Part shown: positions 6,739 to 10,631 of the stretch, piece after piece | Layout of the letters: each line of letters starts with the position of its first letter | Position numbering within the stretch: the first letter of the stretch is position 1 | Virus record (IMG/VR): IMGVR_UViG_648276652_000022 | Length of the DNA: 10,631 bases | Direction: 5' to 3' (one strand) | Source: a virus | Taxonomy: Duplodnaviria > Heunggongvirae > Uroviricota > Caudoviricetes | Program-made: the position numbers and the translations under genes | Notes under the pieces: generated by a model | The model's input: the letters and a program-made list of their open reading frames with translations, nothing else | What the model was told of the DNA's origin: nothing | Database searches by the model: none

Positions 6739-7413
6739 TTAGGCTTTGATTTTGTATCTTCTTGGTTTTCCTGAGAAAATCACAGTTCCAATTATAGAGC
6801 AATTACCGTTGATCTTAATGTAAGGCTCAGGCCAGTTTGGGTTTAACGCTTTGAGATAACGCTGTGTCCCATCTTCTATCAACCTTTTGAAGGTGGTTTC
6901 ACCTGTATCGTGCATCAATGCAATAACGTCGTCACCGTGGCAGGCTGGTACTTCAGGATCGACAAAAATCATGTCTCCCGGGCGGTACTCATCAATCATT
7001 GAATCACCTATCACCCGCAAGATATAAGTCATTTCCCCACAGGGTACAGGGCAGGGATACGTTTCTGCTGTGCTCAAATCAACCTCAGAATATCCAACTT
7101 CTTTCCATGCTCCGGCCTGTACCCATGATATGACAGGGACTAATGTGATTTGTTTATTAGTGATTGAAACATCAGGTTTTTTTGTGATGTTCGTTGTCTG
7201 GTGTTCTTGATCGAGCCATCCAACAGGCAGGTCGAAACATTTTTCGATGTGTCGTGCCATGCTGTCACCGATATTTTTAGTAGCACCATCTCCCATAAAC
7301 CTGCTGGTCTGGGTTGGCTCGCGATCAATCATAGTGGCAAAGGAAGAATTCCCGCCAACACCATCTCTCAGTTTTCTGGCGTTAGACCGCCGGATGTCAT
7401 GGATTGTTTTCAT
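6739..7413 (-). CDS. CI-like prophage repressor (N-terminal HTH plus C-terminal S24 LexA-type peptidase domain), 224 aa
   Basis: 224-aa ORF with a GDSM serine motif and downstream KRL lysine typical of S24 autopeptidases; divergent from a Cro-like gene across an operator-bearing intergenic region. Appears leaderless (the -10-like TTTAAT lies directly upstream of the ATG). Confidence 0.88.
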   Translation of the reverse strand: MKTIHDIRRSNARKLRDGVGGNSSFATMIDREPTQTSRFMGDGATKNIGDSMARHIEKCFDLPVGWLDQEHQTTNITKKPDVSITNKQITLVPVISWVQAGAWKEVGYSEVDLSTAETYPCPVPCGEMTYILRVIGDSMIDEYRPGDMIFVDPEVPACHGDDVIALMHDTGETTFKRLIEDGTQRYLKALNPNWPEPYIKINGNCSIIGTVIFSGKPRRYKIKA

Positions 7414-7428
7414 AACGAAATTAAAACC

Positions 7429-7449
7429 CTTGTACCGTTAAGGTACAAG
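7429..7449. promoter_or_regulatory. Operator OR-a: 21-bp perfect palindrome CTTGTACC-GTTAA-GGTACAAG, overlapping the putative PRM spacer
   Basis: Perfect dyad read directly; core 17-mer TGTACCGTTAAGGTACA at 7431-7447. Confidence 0.6.
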
Positions 7450-7453
7450 TATC

Positions 7454-7497
7454 TTGAAGGTTCATTTTAATCATGTAATATGTACACCGGAGGTACA
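7454..7497 (+). promoter_or_regulatory. Rightward early promoter PR (TTGAAG-16 bp-TAATAT) with operator OR-b TGTACACCGGAGGTACA at 7481-7497
   Basis: -35 at 7454-7459, -10 at 7476-7481; the 17-bp dyad, with the same GTAC spacing as OR-a, overlaps the -10 and start region. Confidence 0.55.
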
Positions 7498-7503
7498 TAT
7501 TGT

Positions 7504-7704
7504 ATGAAAGCGTATTGGGACTCTTTAACCAAAGAACAGCAGGGCGAGTTGGCCGGAAAAGTTGGCTCAACACCTGGCTACTTACGGCTGGTTTTCAATG
7601 GCTATAAAAAAGCCAGTTTTGTGCTGGCTAAAAAACTTGAGCAATGCACGTCAGGTGCAATTACGAAATCTGACTTAAGACCGGATATCTATCCGAAAGA
7701 TTAG
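7504..7704 (+). CDS. Cro-like / YdaS-family HTH regulator, 66 aa
   Basis: Listed ORF starts at 7480, but GGAGG at 7488-7492 precedes the ATG at 7504 (MKAYWDSLTKEQQGELAGKVGSTPGYLRLV...). Small HTH-like protein divergent from cI, with a C-terminal LRPDI motif as in YdaS-type proteins. Confidence 0.7.
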   Translation: MKAYWDSLTKEQQGELAGKVGSTPGYLRLVFNGYKKASFVLAKKLEQCTSGAITKSDLRPDIYPKD

Positions 7705-7735
7705 CAGAACACTTTCAATTTTTAACCACAGAACG

Positions 7736-8305
7736 ATGAGGCTAACCGTGGGTAAGCATCACTGGAAAGTAGAAAAACAGCCTGAGTGGTACGTGAAAGC
7801 TGTCAGAAAAACTATCGCAAAGTTGCCGGGTGGTTACGCTGAAGCAGCTGACTGGCTGGATGTAACAGAGAACGCATTATTTAACCGCCTTCGTGCCGAT
7901 GGCGATCAGATTTTCCCGCTGGGATGGGCAATGATTTTGCAACGTGCTGGTGGAACTCACTTCATTGCTGACGCTGTGGCGCAGTCTGCAAATGGCGTCT
8001 TTGTGTCTCTTCCTGACGTCGAGGATGTGGACAACGCCGATATTAACCAGCGTCTGCTGGAAGTCATTGAACAGATCGGCAGTTATTCAAAACAGATTCG
8101 TTCAGCAATCGAAGACGGTGTAGTGGAACCGCATGAGAAGACAGCAATTAACGACGAGCTGTATCTCTCAATTTCGAAGCTGCAGGAGCATGCAGCACTG
8201 GTCTACAAAATCTTTTGCATTTCAGAAAGTAATGACGCCCGCGAGTGTGCAGCTCCGGGCGTCGTGGCGTCGATTGCTTCTGGTTGTGGAGAAACTAACG
8301 CATGA
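7736..8305 (+). CDS. Prophage regulatory protein, CII-like (CP76/YdaT-like family), 189 aa
   Basis: 189-aa ORF directly after the Cro-like gene. Family assignment is from recognition only. No Shine-Dalgarno before the ATG at 7736; the GTG at 7748 with GAGG 6 nt upstream is an alternative start. Confidence 0.55.
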   Translation: MRLTVGKHHWKVEKQPEWYVKAVRKTIAKLPGGYAEAADWLDVTENALFNRLRADGDQIFPLGWAMILQRAGGTHFIADAVAQSANGVFVSLPDVEDVDNADINQRLLEVIEQIGSYSKQIRSAIEDGVVEPHEKTAINDELYLSISKLQEHAALVYKIFCISESNDARECAAPGVVASIASGCGETNA

Positions 8306-9138
8306 ACAGTTTAACGGCAAATAACCGTTTGTCGCAACAGCTGGTGGTCAGCGTCGCTGAACACGTGTTGTTACGGCATGAATGCAGATTACCAAATCTC
8401 CTGGCTGTAAGTAACCACAGAGAACTTTACCTGACTGTGGGGGGCGAGTTGTGCAGGAACTTAACCGCTGGTTTCGTGACGGAAGAGGACTTTATGTTCA
8501 TGTTATTCGTTGGGAGCCAGAAACACAGCGCGTTATCTATCTTCGCAAAGACTACCCGCATGAGTGCTTTAGCCCTTTGTGGAAATTCAGGCGTGATTTT
8601 GTTGAGTGTGAAGGACCACCAGCACATTGATTCTGCCATTCCGGGACGTTACACTGTTCAGGCACCTTATAAAGCGGGTGCCGGGATTGGCGTCCTGGAA
8701 TTGATCAAGGCGATATATGACGCGCCAGCGTCTTTTTTATCGTCCGCATTTGCTCACATCAAAGTTATGGTGGGCTGGGCGGGGGCATCGAAAGATGCGC
8801 CGGTTTCCTTGATCACCGGTTACGCCAACCCCGTTCAGTTCACCACCAGCGAAATTGGCGTTTCCGGTGGTGGAAGTATTTCACCGATCAAGGAGGCTGC
8901 CATCATGGCTACTGTCCCAGCCCTCACTCGTCTGAATGATGAAGACTTACATAAACTCAGTTATGTAACAACTGCACTACGTGCTCTGCGCAAGGTAACT
9001 CTTTCGGATCCGCAGGCACATCAGGTTCTGGTAGAAACCCTTCTTAACTTGCAAGCTGAACGTATTCGTCTGGCGGATAAGGCTAATTTTCATATTCACC
9101 GTCTCCTGAATATCAGCGGAGGGCATCGTCATGCTTAA
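8302..9138 (+). CDS. Hypothetical protein (278-aa frame); the 5' part may be over-called, the 3' part (about 8631-9138) looks like genuine coding
   Basis: Continuous 278-codon frame with an ATGA overlap to the upstream gene. From about 8631 the codons look like typical E. coli coding sequence (GCG, GGC, GAA, ATC, AAA). An internal ATG at 8905 is preceded by AAGGAGG 8 nt upstream. Conflicts with a well-formed small ORF in another frame (8451-8630). Confidence 0.35.
   Translation: MNSLTANNRLSQQLVVSVAEHVLLRHECRLPNLLAVSNHRELYLTVGGELCRNLTAGFVTEEDFMFMLFVGSQKHSALSIFAKTTRMSALALCGNSGVILLSVKDHQHIDSAIPGRYTVQAPYKAGAGIGVLELIKAIYDAPASFLSSAFAHIKVMVGWAGASKDAPVSLITGYANPVQFTTSEIGVSGGGSISPIKEAAIMATVPALTRLNDEDLHKLSYVTTALRALRKVTLSDPQAHQVLVETLLNLQAERIRLADKANFHIHRLLNISGGHRHA
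8451..8630 (+). CDS. Small phage protein, DUF4222-like pattern, 59 aa, GTG start, in a different frame from the 278-aa ORF
   Basis: Hand translation: VQELNRWFRDGRGLYVHVIRWEPETQRVIYLRKDYPHECFSPLWKFRRDFVECEGPPAH, stop TGA at 8628-8630. It fits the small phage-protein pattern D.RG..V.V......RV.Y.R..Y..EC..P...F...F as I recall it. Absent from the ORF track (under 60 aa, GTG start). Confidence 0.4.
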   Translation: MQELNRWFRDGRGLYVHVIRWEPETQRVIYLRKDYPHECFSPLWKFRRDFVECEGPPAH

Positions 9139-9367
9139 TCCGTTGCTCCTCAACATTTACCGTTTATTTCAGCGTAAAAAAATATCAACACCCACAGTTG
9201 GGCAGTGGTACACCACGCCAGCAGGGCATGTTCTACGTGTCAGCCTGGTTGACTGTGAATGTCAGAAGGTGATTTGTGAACCGCTGGGCCGCAATTACCG
9301 CGTCAGTATGCCGCTTATTGCCTTTCGCTCCGGAAAAAACATGAAGCATCTCGGAGGTGCAGCATGA
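9131..9367 (+). CDS. Hypothetical small protein, 78 aa
   Basis: ORF overlapping the upstream stop (ATGCTTAA) and the downstream start (ATGA), consistent with a translationally coupled phage operon. No family recognised. Confidence 0.5.
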   Translation: MLNPLLLNIYRLFQRKKISTPTVGQWYTTPAGHVLRVSLVDCECQKVICEPLGRNYRVSMPLIAFRSGKNMKHLGGAA

Positions 9368-10178
9368 GTATGGAGCTGATGGTTAAAGCGATGAAAATTC
9401 GAGTGGGTAATCCATTGCGAAAACTGGTTCTGATCAAGCTGGCTGATAATGCCAGCGATCAGGGTGAGTGCTGGCCCAGCTACCAGCATATTGCTGACCA
9501 GTGCGAGATTAGCAAACGTTCTGTGATGAATCATATTGCGGCCCTTTGTGATTCCGGGCTGGTAAAAAAAGTCACCCGGAAAGGTGAAAAAGGTAACTCA
9601 AGTAATATCTATCTCCTTCATCTTGATGGTGCAGGAGATTCACTAGGGGGTAGTGCAAATAATTCACTATCTAGTGCAGCAAATTCACCAGGTAGTGCAG
9701 GAGTTGCACCAGGGGGTGGTGCAGGAGATTCACCCAGAACCAGTCACTCTTTTGAACCAGTCAAAGAACCAGTCAATGAACCAATAGCTGTTGGTGCATC
9801 TGCTGATGAGTCCGTGCGAGTTCGTTCAAACCGACCGGAATACTCTCCGGAGTTTGAGCAGGCATGGCTGGCATACCCCAAACGTGCTGGTGGCAATTCA
9901 AAATCTGCAGCCCTCAAAGCCTGGAAAGCTCGTTTGAATGAGGGGGTAAAACCCGAAACCATGCTGGAAGGTGTGAAACGCTACGCGGGCTGGGTATCTG
10001 CGATGGGTAACAGCGGCACACAATTTGTGAAACAGGCTGTCACGTTCTTTGGTCCGGATCGTCATTTCGAAGAATCCTGGGAAGTTCCTGCGGTATCTGC
10101 AGCCAGACGCGAGGACCCGTACTTCAAAGCCAGTTACGACAACGTGGACTACAGCCAGATCCCGGCAGGATTCAGGGG

Positions 10179-10182
<4 letters not shown>
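9364..10182 (+). CDS. Replication initiator (lambda O-like: N-terminal winged-helix DNA-binding domain, low-complexity linker, C-terminal domain), 272 aa
   Basis: The N-terminus (LRKLVLIKLADNASDQGECWPSYQHIADQCEISKRSVMNHIAALCDSGLV) is HTH-like, of the type seen in phage replisome organisers. The Gly/Ser/Pro-rich linker is encoded by iteron-like repeats. Position in the early-right operon fits. Confidence 0.7.
9629..9735 (+). repeat. Five dyad-symmetric ~17-bp iteron-like direct repeats (GTGCAnnAnnTnCAC) with 21-24 bp periodicity; putative origin of replication
   Basis: Copies start at 9629, 9653, 9674, 9695 and 9719 (for example GTGCAGGAGATTCACTA and GTGCAGGAGTTGCACCA). A second cluster of four GAACCA(G/A)T(C/A)A repeats follows at 9737-9787. 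All lie inside the initiator gene, as in lambda ori within O. Confidence 0.5.

Positions 10183-10631
<449 letters not shown>

Noticed and set aside
6611-6802. Minus-strand ORF 6611..6802 (63 aa)
   Set aside because: Spans the cI stop, the cI terminator hairpin and the pL promoter and operator; far more likely a chance open frame over regulatory DNA.
7140-7470. ORFs 7140..7328 (-), 7201..7470 (+) and 7247..7441 (+) overlapping cI
   Set aside because: Alternative-frame or antisense ORFs within the repressor gene; no independent support.
7480-7503. Upstream start (ATG 7480) for the Cro-like gene
   Set aside because: The GGAGG at 7488-7492 would fall inside the coding sequence; the ATG at 7504 has proper spacing from it, and 7480 lies within the PR -10 and operator.
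7522-7530. boxA-like CTCTTTAAC inside the Cro-like coding sequence as a nutR site
   Set aside because: Only a 9 to 10 of 12 match and it lies inside a coding region (codons for DSLTK); it may be coincidental. Noted only as something to check if the leftward boxA proves functional.
8427-8639. Minus-strand ORF 8427..8639
   Set aside because: Antisense to the region where two sense-strand frames already compete; no ribosome-binding site; Trp/Cys-rich junk-like translation.
9629-9787. Repeat array as a possible CRISPR array
   Set aside because: Repeats are about 17 bp with 4-7 bp gaps (no spacers of CRISPR size), are degenerate, lie inside a coding sequence and have no cas genes nearby; iterons are the consistent interpretation.

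Overview
This window is the left junction and early region of a lambdoid prophage integrated at tRNA-Thr (thrW) just downstream of proA in an E. coli-like chromosome. Order: proA (+), thrW (+), then on the minus strand a P22-type integrase and excisionase, a CPS-53-like early-left block (yfdT with an in-frame amber stop, yfdS, yfdR HD-domain, yfdQ, yfdP), a ~470 bp non-coding stretch, an AT-rich + strand ORF (144 aa) lying antisense inside the leftward early operon, a 68-aa minus-strand ORF, a leader with an rrn-type boxA, pL with an operator, and a cI-like S24 repressor. Rightward follow OR/PR, a Cro-like HTH gene, a CII-like gene, a stretch with conflicting reading frames, a small ORF, a replication-initiator gene carrying five iteron-like repeats, another small ORF, and the 3' end of an IS21-family element (istB C-terminus). 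The best candidate for an undescribed accessory function is the 144-aa ORF with its repeat-bearing upstream region and the convergently overlapping 68-aa gene. Product names rest on my recognition of the translated sequences and on motifs read by eye; no database search was run, and the functions of the unnamed ORFs are unknown.
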